Positions 47,907-57,348 of a stretch of 64,000 bases of DNA are shown here, piece after piece. The notes below the pieces were generated by a model, which saw nothing but the letters and a program-made list of their open reading frames with translations, was not told where the DNA came from and did not search any database. Source of the stretch: an uncultured Pseudomonadales bacterium (GTDB lineage Bacteria; Patescibacteriota; Microgenomatia; UBA1400; PJMF01); NCBI GenBank assembly GCA_964620965.1, contig CAZUHV010000002.1, positions 184,798-248,797 on the forward strand, read 5' to 3'. Both the position numbers and the translations under genes were made by a program. How positions within the stretch are numbered: the first letter of the stretch is position 1; every line of letters starts with the position of its first letter.

Positions 47907-47982
47907 TGGTGCCAAGCTGAAGAGTCGAACTTCAATCTCGTGTTTTTCAGACACGCGCCGTGACCACCTTGGCTAGCTTGGC
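47907..47982 (-). tRNA. tRNA-Phe (anticodon GAA), CCA encoded
   Basis: The reverse complement reads GCCAAGC...CTGAAAA...TTCGACT...GCTTGGCACCA. Confidence 0.85.
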
Positions 47983-48071
47983 ATGATAGTTATTTTACAC
48001 TATCTCAAATCTGGTAAAAGAGGGTATTCTCATTTTAAGAATAGAAAAGAATAAAATCTACCAAATTTTTG

Positions 48072-48145
48072 TGGATGCTGAGGGACTCGAACCCCCGACA
48101 CCTGCGATGTAAACGCAGTGCTCTAACCAACTGAGCTAAGCATCC
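48072..48145 (-). tRNA. tRNA-Val (anticodon TAC)
   Basis: The reverse complement reads GGATGCTTAGCTCAGTTGGTTAGAGC...TTTACAT...GGTTCGAGTCC...AGCATCCA. Confidence 0.85.
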
Positions 48146-48182
48146 AAATTGTTTACAAACAATTTTTTCAAAACAAATATTG

Positions 48183-48264
48183 TGCCCAGGAGAGGACTTG
48201 AACCTCCACAGCTTGCGCCATACGCACCTCAAGCGTACGTGTATACCAATTTCACCACCTGGGC
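48183..48264 (-). tRNA. tRNA-Leu (anticodon GAG)
   Basis: Long variable arm. Anticodon loop TTGAGGT, acceptor GCCCAGG/CCTGGGC. Confidence 0.8.
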
Positions 48265-48356
48265 ATCTGTATCAATGTGCAATCCCTAATTTTAAAACAA
48301 TTAGATCTGTATTATAGAACAAAAGTTCTTTTTTTTATATACCTAGTATTACTGTA

Positions 48357-48644
48357 TTAGACTACTACGTAGTAGGATCCTTGAGTACTGGAAACAAATT
48401 CTATATTCAAACCCTGAGGTAACATAAAAAGCAATAAATCTTTTGTTAAATATGAACGTGCATCACTAAATCTAAGAGCTATATTCTCGTTAGCAAAAAG
48501 TTCATTAAGAAGAGTAACCGGAATCTGCACACCCCGTTGAAGAGTGATCCCTCTTTGCTGTAGCAATGTTTGCAATGCAACAGCAACATCTTTACCTTGA
48601 GATGTTAATTGTATCTGGGTTTCAATTTCGTGTCTTTGAACCAT
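48357..48644 (-). CDS. hypothetical small protein inside tRNA array
   Basis: Internal Met MVQRHEIETQIQ... The track ORF reads through tRNA-Leu(CAG) and was trimmed. No family recognised. Confidence 0.3.
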   Translation of the reverse strand: MVQRHEIETQIQLTSQGKDVAVALQTLLQQRGITLQRGVQIPVTLLNELFANENIALRFSDARSYLTKDLLLFMLPQGLNIEFVSSTQGSYYVVV

Positions 48645-48667
48645 AATTTTTTTCAATTTTATTTTTG

Positions 48668-48748
48668 TGCCGGAGAGAGGACTCGAACCTCCATGAATTG
48701 CTTCACACGTACCTGAAACGTGCGCGTCTACCATTTCGCCACTCCGGC
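48668..48748 (-). tRNA. tRNA-Leu (anticodon CAG)
   Basis: Long variable arm. Anticodon loop TTCAGGT, acceptor GCCGGAG/CTCCGGC. Confidence 0.8.
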
Positions 48749-48810
48749 ATCTAAAAAATTTTAACTTGAAGAGATTCTAACATTTTTCATACTTTTTTTC
48801 CTGAGTAAAG

Positions 48811-49320
48811 ATGAAAAGATCTTATTTCGAAAATCGTTTTGAATTTCGAAGACATTTGAATTATAGTCAACCTATGAAGAAAAAATGTCAACATTGCTTT
48901 CTATTGCTGGATGAAGAAAACTTTAATTGGAAGGTTAAGAACATTAAAAGAGCCTCTTATTGCAAAACTTGTTCGAGAATCTATATAAAAAACCATTATA
49001 AAGAAAATAAAAATTATTACTTAGAAAAGGCAAAAAAAAGAAATAAAATAAATAAAGAAGCTCTACAAAAATATATTGCAAATTACCTCAATTTTCATCA
49101 TTGTATTGATTGTGGTGAACAAAACATATTAGTTTTAGAATTTGATCATAGAGAAAGAAATAAAAAAAGTTATAATATCAGTCACATAATGAGAAATAGC
49201 ATGACTATCGAAAAACTCGCTAATGAAATCAAAAAATGCGACGTTAGATGTGCAAACTGTCATAGAATAAAAACAGAAAAAGAAATTAACAGCTGGAAAA
49301 TACAGTATTTGCGCCAGTAG
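48811..49320 (+). CDS. HNH endonuclease (free-standing, homing-endonuclease-like)
   Basis: N-terminal Zn knuckle CQHC...CKTC. HNH core HHCIDCGEQNILVLEFDHRERNKK ... CANCHRIK. The stop codon lies within the first 10 nt of tRNA-Arg(TCG). Confidence 0.75.
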   Translation: MKRSYFENRFEFRRHLNYSQPMKKKCQHCFLLLDEENFNWKVKNIKRASYCKTCSRIYIKNHYKENKNYYLEKAKKRNKINKEALQKYIANYLNFHHCIDCGEQNILVLEFDHRERNKKSYNISHIMRNSMTIEKLANEIKKCDVRCANCHRIKTEKEINSWKIQYLRQ

Positions 49321-49388
49321 CTCAATGGATAGAGCACCTGTCTTCGGAACAGGGTTTGTTGGGGGTTCGAGTCCCTCCTGGCGCACCA
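49311..49388 (+). tRNA. tRNA-Arg (anticodon TCG), CCA encoded
   Basis: Acceptor GCGCCAG/CTGGCGC, anticodon loop CTTCGGA, 7-nt variable loop, ends ...GCACCA. Confidence 0.8.
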
Positions 49389-49474
49389 AACTTTCAATTA
49401 AGTCTAATCTCACACTTCATACCTCTGGAATTTTTAGTTTTGAATTGATATAATATCCCTCTACCAAAGAGAGT

Positions 49475-49548
49475 GGGTCGGTAGCTCAGTTGGTTAGAGC
49501 GTTTGCCTCTTAAGCAAAATGTCGAGGGTTCGAGCCCCTCCCGACTCA
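49475..49548 (+). tRNA. tRNA-Lys (anticodon CTT)
   Basis: GGGTCGGTAGCTCAGTTGGTTAGAGC...CTCTTAA...GGTTCGAGCCC...CCGACTCA. Confidence 0.85.
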
Positions 49549-49617
49549 CAATAGATCACTAAAAAGATTTAAGAAAATCCCCTTGTTAATTAAACTATAA
49601 AAAGATACCATGCCTGT

Positions 49618-49938
49618 ATGGGATTATTTGATAACCTATTCAATAGAGGGCATGCAGATCAGTTTGCTAGAGCAACTGAAAATGCGACTGAAAAAGAAAA
49701 AATTGCTCAAGCTATTAGTTTTGCAACTCAAGAAATCATGCAGAGTATAACTATACTAACAGGCTCCCTACGACTCATAAATGAATCTGATAAAAGAGAC
49801 AGAGTGCTACCAATATTACGAGATGCATACTTAAAAAGCCAAACAAAAATTTCTGGATTCAATACTGCTATAGCAAGATTATTAACAAATGAAGAAGTAA
49901 TAAGTGACCCTATAAACTTTCAGAACTTGAAAGCCTAA
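49618..49938 (+). CDS. hypothetical small protein (106 aa)
   Basis: ATG start, no motif recognised. Confidence 0.3.
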   Translation: MGLFDNLFNRGHADQFARATENATEKEKIAQAISFATQEIMQSITILTGSLRLINESDKRDRVLPILRDAYLKSQTKISGFNTAIARLLTNEEVISDPINFQNLKA

Positions 49939-50073
49939 TCTCTCAAGCAGAAATTTACCTCTCCTAACTTATTTACAAGTTAACAGAATAATCTTCATCT
50001 TTTTATTTTTACGCACCCGATATACATAAAACGATATAGGATAATGTGATAAAATATATCATTCTGATCTAAA

Positions 50074-51411
50074 ATGAGAGTAAACACAACAGAACAACTA
50101 TTTCCAAATGAGACAATCTACAAACAACCTGTAGAAATTTCTGATGCTCTACTTTCTGCAGTCGACACATTGCCAACCGAAAAACTAGGTGCAACACCAG
50201 CAGAGCAAGAGGCTTCAAAAACTACAATTAAAAACTGGGTTACTACACTTTGGTATGGCATTGAGTTTGTTCTACAAAGACAAAACCTACAACAAACAGA
50301 TCGTGAACAATTTAAATCTCAAATAGCAAGCGATCTATTAAAATTCATTACCCACAAAGATCACGGCATCCTACACTCATATTTCGTATACAAAGGGATA
50401 CTTCACTTAGCAGTAAAAAATAATAATCCCATCACACCAGGATCAACAGAAGATAAACAAGCACAGCTTATGGCTTTACTGCACGATATTGCTCAAACAG
50501 TTACTTTTGCCTTAGACAATACTAAATTTAAAACACGCTACTCTCATCAAAAAAATGACCATGCTCAAATTATTGGAGATCTTGGTAGAATTTTTGGAAG
50601 AAGTTTAGGATTTAATAGAACTCAAATGCTAGAACTTACATTTGGCTTAACACATCACGATGATAGCTACTACAATATTTACCACCACGAAACCTTTAAT
50701 AGAATGTCTAAGCTCCTCCATGACTCTGACAAAATTTTTGGAACTTCGCTGTCTACAGACATTTCTGAACTTACAATTGGGATGCTTGAAAGAAACTACC
50801 AAGCAAATAGAGGCGAAAATGGAAGTTATGTGTTTAGAGAAGAAATTCCTAAAAGCACACGCAATCTCATTATGTATGGAGATAGATGTATGAGTGATGC
50901 AATTTCTCTAGTTAGAAAAGAATTCAACATAGAAATGTACACACAAGCCGGCCAAGAAATCGCAGAGCAAAGAAGGCAAATAGCACTTAATAGTGCACAA
51001 AAAGTATATGGAAAATTCTTCGACCTCACCAATAATTTCATTTCACAGCACATTCTAGAATACATACAAGGCAATAGACCAAATATGAAACTGACAATTG
51101 TTGGTATGGAACAAGAAGAGTCAGAACTTCCTCAGCCAATATCTACAATATCAGATTTCACTGAAGAAGTTGAAAGACTCTACCAAACCCCAATTCGCCT
51201 CCAAAACGAACATAAATTTTTAGATAGGTATGGAGAAAACCATGCAAGAGGCCTAAAAATCCACGTAGTTGATAATACACAAAGTTTTGGAGATCAAACT
51301 AGCATCGACCTGTACCTTGACCCAAGTATTGCTCGATACTGTTTAAAGCAAAACGGAAGAGAAGAGTTTTTAGAAAAAGTAAACCTTGCCTTCCAAAACG
51401 GCGTCCATTAA
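50074..51411 (+). CDS. HD-domain-like phosphohydrolase with C-terminal extension (hypothetical)
   Basis: His/Asp pattern H...LLHDIAQ...HHDD...HHE...LLHDSDKI matches the HD-superfamily metal-ligand order. Confidence 0.4.
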   Translation: MRVNTTEQLFPNETIYKQPVEISDALLSAVDTLPTEKLGATPAEQEASKTTIKNWVTTLWYGIEFVLQRQNLQQTDREQFKSQIASDLLKFITHKDHGILHSYFVYKGILHLAVKNNNPITPGSTEDKQAQLMALLHDIAQTVTFALDNTKFKTRYSHQKNDHAQIIGDLGRIFGRSLGFNRTQMLELTFGLTHHDDSYYNIYHHETFNRMSKLLHDSDKIFGTSLSTDISELTIGMLERNYQANRGENGSYVFREEIPKSTRNLIMYGDRCMSDAISLVRKEFNIEMYTQAGQEIAEQRRQIALNSAQKVYGKFFDLTNNFISQHILEYIQGNRPNMKLTIVGMEQEESELPQPISTISDFTEEVERLYQTPIRLQNEHKFLDRYGENHARGLKIHVVDNTQSFGDQTSIDLYLDPSIARYCLKQNGREEFLEKVNLAFQNGVH

Positions 51412-51418
51412 AACTTTT

Positions 51419-52792
51419 TTAGTCTGACAACCCAACAACATCTTTTGGTTTATCACCCCAATCAGCAAAGTCAGCAAATGTTTTTTCTACCAAAACCGGC
51501 TTAACAAACTTGTCTAGTGAGTGCCTTGTATTATTTACGCCAAGCGATGTAAACAAAAGTTCAAATTTTTCTGTGAGCGTCTTCATAATTGCTATTCTAT
51601 TTTCTTCTGGCATATCCCAACACTCTTTTTTGAACTCGCCCCAAGCTTTTTTCCTTAAACTGTAATGAAACTGTTCATCTGTCATATCTGCTTTGCGCTC
51701 ACTTTGTTTTGTTTCATCAACCCAAGCATATATTTTTTCTAGTAATTCTTTTGGGAACTGTGGATGATCCATTTGAATATTTTGGAAACCTGTTGCTAAA
51801 TGAATTTCAATTGCCTGTGACTTTGGAAACTCTGTAAACATCGATTCTGGAAGAGTAGAAGCGCCATGCTGTACCGTACCACCAATAGTAAACTCATCTC
51901 GACAAATCTGTGAAATGCTAGAAAGGATTGAAAAATCTAGATTAATATTTGCGAGGCTTCCATCTGCTAAAACAACTCCGCCGTGAGATGTTCCAGTTGC
52001 GACACTTATTTTACTCAAACCAGTCATGCCTTCAGGTAAACCTGCGTTGAAACCAGAGAGAAATGCTCTAGCATCTTCAACTGTACTGTTTTTCCCTCCA
52101 ATATGACCAATTTCTCCACCAATAGAAATAGTTACTTCTTTTGGTTCAATCTCTCTAATAAATTTCGCTAATTCTAAAGAATACTTAATATTTGGAACTT
52201 GTTCGTGCTCAACTGTATCGGCATCTAAATCTACAAGTGTAGACATATCTATATCAATATTATAAAAACCTGCAGAAACTGCTTGTTTAATTAAGTCCTT
52301 AATAGAATCAATTTCTCCATCTTTTGGTACTCCCATACTTGCTGCTTTTGCTTGAAAATGATCTCCTTGAATAAATAACGGACCAGACCAGCCTTCACGA
52401 AGTGCGGCTGCCATTATCACTAATGTGTATTCAAGAGGAGGTTGGTTTGTATATCCCATTTCTGATCGAGCAATCTCAAAAATCATTGGCCCAACATTCA
52501 ATTTTTTTGCAGCTTGAAATGCAGATCGAGCCAAATCATATGTCATACCCCGTAGGTTCATTGCAGGAACTGTGAAAACCTCATTCACTTCTTTTCTGCC
52601 ATGTGCCATGTAAAAATCATTGATAGAAGAACAAATTACCCCATGTTCTGCACCAAGTTTCCAAATTTGAAATCTAGACTCTTGTTTTTCTTCTGGTGTC
52701 CCGAAAACTGCTGAGTATACAAGTGCGTCAATTTGTTGAGGATTTTCCAACATATAATTCCTTCTTAATCTTTCTCTATTACTAGTATTCAA
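51419..52792 (-). CDS. class II ketose-bisphosphate aldolase family protein (long form)
   Basis: IQGDHF, SIGGEIGHIGGKNSTVEDA (EIE.G.VGG.ED-like) and TSHGGV map onto class II FBA/TBP-aldolase motifs. 457 aa is longer than typical. Confidence 0.5.
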   Translation of the reverse strand: MNTSNRERLRRNYMLENPQQIDALVYSAVFGTPEEKQESRFQIWKLGAEHGVICSSINDFYMAHGRKEVNEVFTVPAMNLRGMTYDLARSAFQAAKKLNVGPMIFEIARSEMGYTNQPPLEYTLVIMAAALREGWSGPLFIQGDHFQAKAASMGVPKDGEIDSIKDLIKQAVSAGFYNIDIDMSTLVDLDADTVEHEQVPNIKYSLELAKFIREIEPKEVTISIGGEIGHIGGKNSTVEDARAFLSGFNAGLPEGMTGLSKISVATGTSHGGVVLADGSLANINLDFSILSSISQICRDEFTIGGTVQHGASTLPESMFTEFPKSQAIEIHLATGFQNIQMDHPQFPKELLEKIYAWVDETKQSERKADMTDEQFHYSLRKKAWGEFKKECWDMPEENRIAIMKTLTEKFELLFTSLGVNNTRHSLDKFVKPVLVEKTFADFADWGDKPKDVVGLSD

Positions 52793-52852
52793 ACATACTA
52801 ATACTATACTAACTCAGAGTAAAACTTAATAACATTATTAAATAATACTAAA

Positions 52853-53668
52853 CTATTTGGAAAATTCTTTAATGGCTTCATTGAAAGACTCGTCTGCAGA
52901 GGCATCAAACCACGAACCCTGAAACACAAATGCACTCAGTTCTTTATCTTGAGCTAACTGTGGAAATATATCTGTTTCAAGATTTAAGTAAGTATTTTTC
53001 TTGATCAAATCAAAGATTTCTCGCTTTAACACATATAATCCAACATTTACAATGCTAATACCCTGATTTTCGGAAGAATCCATAAACTTAACAATTCTGT
53101 TTCCATGCAAAAATGCTTGACCATACTTTGGTTCACTCATTCTTGGTTTAACACAAATAGTAGAGATAGTATCTTCTTGTCTCTGAAACTCAAAAAGGTC
53201 GTCAAGATTTAGATTTGTTAGAGTAGTATCGTTAATAACAAGAAATGCTTCATCATCAATATATTTTTCAGCATTTTTTATTGCTCCTGCTGTTCCAAGT
53301 CGTTTATTTTCTTGAGAATAAACTATAGTTACCCCAAACTTAGAGCCACTCCCAAACTCAGATTTAATTGCAGTTTCATTAATACCTGCACAAATCACAA
53401 TATGTGTAACTCCATAGTTTTTTAAGTGCTCTAAGGTCATTGCTAAAAGAGGACGATTATTAATCTTTTTTAAAGCAGGAATACTGCCATTCTTATGATC
53501 TCCTCCGGCAAGGATTACAGCTGTAGAAACTTGAGTGCTTAAGCCCTGCTTTACTAAACTTTCAATCGCATGCGATCTGTTTCTAATAGTGTGCCCATCA
53601 ATTAAAGCATCAACTTTTCGTAACAGTTCTTGTGAAAGTGTAATTGTCAGTCTGGATTTTGTCTTCAT
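52853..53668 (-). CDS. ribbon-helix-helix (CopG-like) domain fused to sugar-phosphate nucleotidyltransferase
   Basis: Start at MKTKSRLTITLSQELLRKVDALIDG (RHH), then AVILAGGDHKNGSIPALKKINNRPLL (NTP_transferase G-loop). Confidence 0.55.
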   Translation of the reverse strand: MKTKSRLTITLSQELLRKVDALIDGHTIRNRSHAIESLVKQGLSTQVSTAVILAGGDHKNGSIPALKKINNRPLLAMTLEHLKNYGVTHIVICAGINETAIKSEFGSGSKFGVTIVYSQENKRLGTAGAIKNAEKYIDDEAFLVINDTTLTNLNLDDLFEFQRQEDTISTICVKPRMSEPKYGQAFLHGNRIVKFMDSSENQGISIVNVGLYVLKREIFDLIKKNTYLNLETDIFPQLAQDKELSAFVFQGSWFDASADESFNEAIKEFSK

Positions 53669-53781
53669 ATGCTTTAATTTTTCTAGGCAAAGGATATCAT
53701 ACCTTTTCATACATTTAAAGTGATACTTCAAATAAATGTGTTAGAATAGCAAAAAGTTTTATAAATCAATAAGGTTACATC

Positions 53782-54204
53782 ATGAAAACATTTGTAGAAG
53801 TTGCTCCTGGAAGTACAACCCCAAGTGGACTACTGCTCCCCGAAAGATCAAAGCCTGTAAAAATGCAGGTAGAAATAGCGTATCAAACCGAAAAACTCTG
53901 GCAAGGAAGCTTGTCATTCAATAGACCACAAAACGTTGAAAAAAGAGTACCAAGAAAAGTGAAATATAGAGCCGAGCTCGTTTTTCTTATTACAAAATTT
54001 CTTGATTTTCATAAAATGGATACAAGAACAAATTCTAGTTTAACCATGTTAGTACAAACAGGGGATGAATACATCTTACTTAATGTGGGAAAAACCGCAA
54101 AAAAAAATGAGTTATTTTGCCAAGTAACATACAATATTTCTGAAGCAACTATCCAAAGGCTTAAACAAGAAAATAAGGTATATCCAAACTGTGACTTACC
54201 TTAA
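53782..54204 (+). CDS. hypothetical protein (140 aa)
   Basis: ATG-initiated ORF, no family recognised. Confidence 0.3.
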   Translation: MKTFVEVAPGSTTPSGLLLPERSKPVKMQVEIAYQTEKLWQGSLSFNRPQNVEKRVPRKVKYRAELVFLITKFLDFHKMDTRTNSSLTMLVQTGDEYILLNVGKTAKKNELFCQVTYNISEATIQRLKQENKVYPNCDLP

Positions 54205-55233
54205 ACCAGCCGTTTCTTTTGTATCTTTTTGTGTAACTTTCTCTAAACCACTTCTTAAAGCATAAAACTGAGCTGTTGGTTTATCATTTTCGTCAAAAAA
54301 ACTAAATCCTGCAAACGGACCAGGAGCTCCTTTTAAAACAAATGGAGTAACAGCTAGAACTTTTTCATCAGACCAAATATGTTGCATAGCATACGAATAG
54401 TACGAACTGAGCCATTTGTTCAAGTATGGACTTGCATCCCAGCCAGTTTCCGTAATCATCACCTGAAAATCTTTTCCTGTCTTTTGTTTTAAATAATTGA
54501 GTTCATATTGATACCCACGCAACGAATTTTTTGCATAGCGAGTAGGAGAGCTAGAAAATCCAGGATTTGGATAAGAATGTGAGTTCCAAACATCAACTAC
54601 TTCAAAAATTTCAGGATCTGCAACCAACATTTGATTTAAGTATGTAAAAGCCTCTCTTGTTTGAAACCCGTTTGGAGCAGCTAAATCTAAACCTGCTGGT
54701 AGAACAATAAAATTTTGTTGTTCTGTATGAGCCCAATCAGCTGCAAACCGTAATGTCTTTGCATATTCTTCTGGGTTAATCGAAGCTCCCCATTCTTTTG
54801 CATGGTTAACCTCATTAAACACAATTATGTATTTTTCTTCTGTTGGCCAGTTCAGTTTAGACAAAAACTCTATTTGCTCAACAATGTTCTTTTTGTTTGG
54901 TATTTCCCAAGCTCCAAGATCTGAATTAAATTTCGTTGTTAAGCGAACAATTGGTATTAACTTTTGGTCTCTACAGACATCGAAAAAATTTTGCCAATCT
55001 TGGGCATTCTCTAAATCAGAAAGTGTGAGAGGAATAGTGATGTAGTTCCAGGTTTCGTTTGAATCTTGTAAACTTACAACCTGTTTTGCTTGAGTTGCTT
55101 CATCAATACTTAAGATATGAACACCAAGTTTACTTGCCTCAAAAGCAAAAATATCATTAGAAAAAAAGATGCTTGCAACAAACAAAAGTGTCGAAATAGC
55201 TAGTGTGTTAAAGATATATCTAAACATAATCAC
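54196..55233 (-). CDS. secreted clan GH-A glycoside hydrolase (GH5-like TIM barrel)
   Basis: Signal/anchor helix. FNEVNHAKEWG (NEx acid/base) and MITETGW (nucleophile Glu) are the two catalytic signatures of clan GH-A. Confidence 0.6.
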   Translation of the reverse strand: MIMFRYIFNTLAISTLLFVASIFFSNDIFAFEASKLGVHILSIDEATQAKQVVSLQDSNETWNYITIPLTLSDLENAQDWQNFFDVCRDQKLIPIVRLTTKFNSDLGAWEIPNKKNIVEQIEFLSKLNWPTEEKYIIVFNEVNHAKEWGASINPEEYAKTLRFAADWAHTEQQNFIVLPAGLDLAAPNGFQTREAFTYLNQMLVADPEIFEVVDVWNSHSYPNPGFSSSPTRYAKNSLRGYQYELNYLKQKTGKDFQVMITETGWDASPYLNKWLSSYYSYAMQHIWSDEKVLAVTPFVLKGAPGPFAGFSFFDENDKPTAQFYALRSGLEKVTQKDTKETAGLR

Positions 55234-55312
55234 TCAATTATTATAGGATAACATGTTCTAGATGAAATGTCAATTAAAACTTGAGTTTGCTATACTACGT
55301 AAGTTATACATT

Positions 55313-56065
55313 ATGAAGTCTTTATTTTTTGCATTCTCTTGGCTATTCCTTTCTGTAGGTATTGCATTTGTAAGTATTGCTTCTGTTTCATTTTATAAAA
55401 TTGGAGACTTTAACTTCCTGAATAAAACTATTAAAGAAAACCAAGTGTTAATTACGAACGGATCTCAAGAAAATAATCAAGCAATTTTAGGATCAACAAC
55501 CATTGTTGAAACGGATGATGCTAGAGCATTGTTAGTTGCTAATTTTCTTAAACGATACAACACTCCAAAACCTCAGGGTGGGGGAAACCTCAATCACCCT
55601 CTTGTCCCAGAAGAATACTTTGGAAAATTCTTTGTAGAACTTGCAGATACATATAATTTAGATTTTCGACTCCTTCCAGCTATCGCAATGCAAGAAAGCA
55701 ACTTGTGCAATCACACCCCAAAACCAAATAATGCAGCGGGAGTTCCTGTAGAATCATATAACTGTTTAGGATTTGGAGTATATGGCACAAAAGTTACAAT
55801 GTTTCCAAGTTTTGAAGCAAACTTTGAACAGGCAGCAAAAACGCTCAAAAAAAATTACATTGATATCGGATTAGATACTCCATATAAAATCATGAAAAAG
55901 TATACCCCTCCAAGTGACGGAAGTTGGGCAGAATCAGTAAATCAATGGATGGCAGAAATGCGTTATGACGATAGAAAATCTGGAATTCAATTAAAAGAAG
56001 ATGCTGATTTGCTTGAATTTACAGATAGTACGAAAGAAGCAGAAGCTTCGGCTTCGGCAAATTAG
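55313..56065 (+). CDS. membrane-anchored lysozyme-like (transglycosylase/glucosaminidase-like) protein
   Basis: N-terminal TM helix. LLPAIAMQESNLC resembles the SLT/lysozyme-like catalytic Glu motif. Confidence 0.45.
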   Translation: MKSLFFAFSWLFLSVGIAFVSIASVSFYKIGDFNFLNKTIKENQVLITNGSQENNQAILGSTTIVETDDARALLVANFLKRYNTPKPQGGGNLNHPLVPEEYFGKFFVELADTYNLDFRLLPAIAMQESNLCNHTPKPNNAAGVPVESYNCLGFGVYGTKVTMFPSFEANFEQAAKTLKKNYIDIGLDTPYKIMKKYTPPSDGSWAESVNQWMAEMRYDDRKSGIQLKEDADLLEFTDSTKEAEASASAN

Positions 56066-56159
56066 CCCCAATTTTTCACTGATAGTTCAATATATTTGCA
56101 CAATTTAGACATATTTTGATATACTATTGACTAGCTTATAATAATATGCTATTATACTA

Positions 56160-56247
56160 ATACCTCAGAAGGTTTATCCTCACCGGGATCTTCGTTCTGA
56201 GACAAAAGAATCCGCATGGTATTTTTCTACCGTAAGCGGATTTTTTT
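56160..56247 (+). ncRNA. candidate small RNA / leader: promoter-hairpin-intrinsic terminator unit upstream of the MGMT gene
   Basis: TTGACT-17nt-TATTAT at about 56129..56157. Then hairpin CTCAGAAGG...CGTTCTGAG, then AATCCGC(19-nt loop)GCGGATTTTTTTT. Confidence 0.35.
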
Positions 56248-56263
56248 GTGCCATACTACACAC

Positions 56264-56581
56264 ATGACAACTCCATTCTCAGAAAAAGTTTATTCACAAC
56301 TCAAAAAAGTACCAAAAGGAAAAATTACTACATACAAAGCTCTTGCGCAAAGTATAGAAACTAGAGCATACCAAGCAATTGGAACTGCTATGAAAAATAA
56401 CCCTTATGCACCACAAGTCCCTTGCCATAGAGTAGTTTCCAGTGATGGTTCTATTGGTGGCTTTAAAGGCAAAAAAACCGGAAAAACTATCCAAGAAAAA
56501 ATAGAATTGCTTAAAAAAGAAGGAATTGAAGTTAAAAATGGCAAAGTCGTAAACTTTGAGGAAAAATTGTTTAGGTTTTAA
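56264..56581 (+). CDS. methylated-DNA--protein-cysteine methyltransferase (MGMT/Ogt C-terminal domain only)
   Basis: [11 protein letters not shown] ... [24 protein letters not shown] contains the PCHRV active site. Confidence 0.85.
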   Translation: MTTPFSEKVYSQLKKVPKGKITTYKALAQSIETRAYQAIGTAMKNNPYAPQVPCHRVVSSDGSIGGFKGKKTGKTIQEKIELLKKEGIEVKNGKVVNFEEKLFRF

Positions 56582-56609
56582 ATAAAACGCTTTAAGTTTG
56601 AAAAAATTG

Positions 56610-56691
56610 TGCCGAAGAGAGGACTTGAACCTCCAAGGATTGCTCCACACGGTTCTAAGCCGTGCGCGTATACCAATTCCGCCACTTCGGC
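56610..56691 (-). tRNA. tRNA-Leu (anticodon TAG)
   Basis: Long variable arm. Anticodon loop CTTAGAA, acceptor GCCGAAG/CTTCGGC. Confidence 0.8.
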
Positions 56692-56811
56692 ACTAATTAA
56701 ACGTACTGAAGTATTTTACACCAAGAAATCATGTTTTTCGAGTTTAATAATAAAAACGAACAAATTATAACAGATGACATTTTACTCAAGATTCTGTACC
56801 ATAAATAAATA

Positions 56812-57348
56812 ATGATTCAAGCTGCCCAACCAAACGAGCTCCATAATCCAGATGCACCAAAAGAAGATGTTATTTTAAAAGTGCCTGGATTTAGCACCCC
56901 CGTAAATCAATTCAATAAACCACAGAACACAGCAACTGAACTTCCAAAAATTCCTCTATCTCAAAAAGAATCTCCAGAATGGGTGAAACAGTTTTTCCAC
57001 TGGTGGCATAAAATTGCGATGGTTTTATTAATTGGACACGGTTTACTTGGACTTTGGGAATCAATTTACTTTATGGCATTTGAATATACAGAACTGAACG
57101 AGTTACTTTCAGTACACCAAATTGATGTTATCGAAGTCAACGGTTTAATTAGTAGAGCAATTATTACTGTCATTACAACTTTTGTGAATATTTTATTTGC
57201 GATTAGACTCTCAAAAGTAAAAGAAACAACAGCACATAATGTTGACCTCATTGTTGCTACATTTTTAATTATTAGTACTAAACTAATTCAAGATTTATTG
57301 GTACAGTTAGATCTATTAAATTTATTTTTTACTCTAACTGCTAGATGA
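56812..57348 (+). CDS. hypothetical membrane protein
   Basis: Three or four TM helices, no motif recognised. Confidence 0.35.
   Translation: MIQAAQPNELHNPDAPKEDVILKVPGFSTPVNQFNKPQNTATELPKIPLSQKESPEWVKQFFHWWHKIAMVLLIGHGLLGLWESIYFMAFEYTELNELLSVHQIDVIEVNGLISRAIITVITTFVNILFAIRLSKVKETTAHNVDLIVATFLIISTKLIQDLLVQLDLLNLFFTLTAR

Noticed and set aside
48035-48232. 65-aa minus-strand ORF
   Set aside because: It is entirely composed of sequence belonging to tRNA-Val and tRNA-Leu(GAG), so it is a translation artefact.
49135-49413. 92-aa minus-strand ORF
   Set aside because: Antisense to the HNH gene and to tRNA-Arg(TCG). Spurious.
56294-56650. 118-aa minus-strand ORF
   Set aside because: Antisense to the MGMT gene and running into tRNA-Leu(TAG). 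Low-complexity F/K-rich translation.
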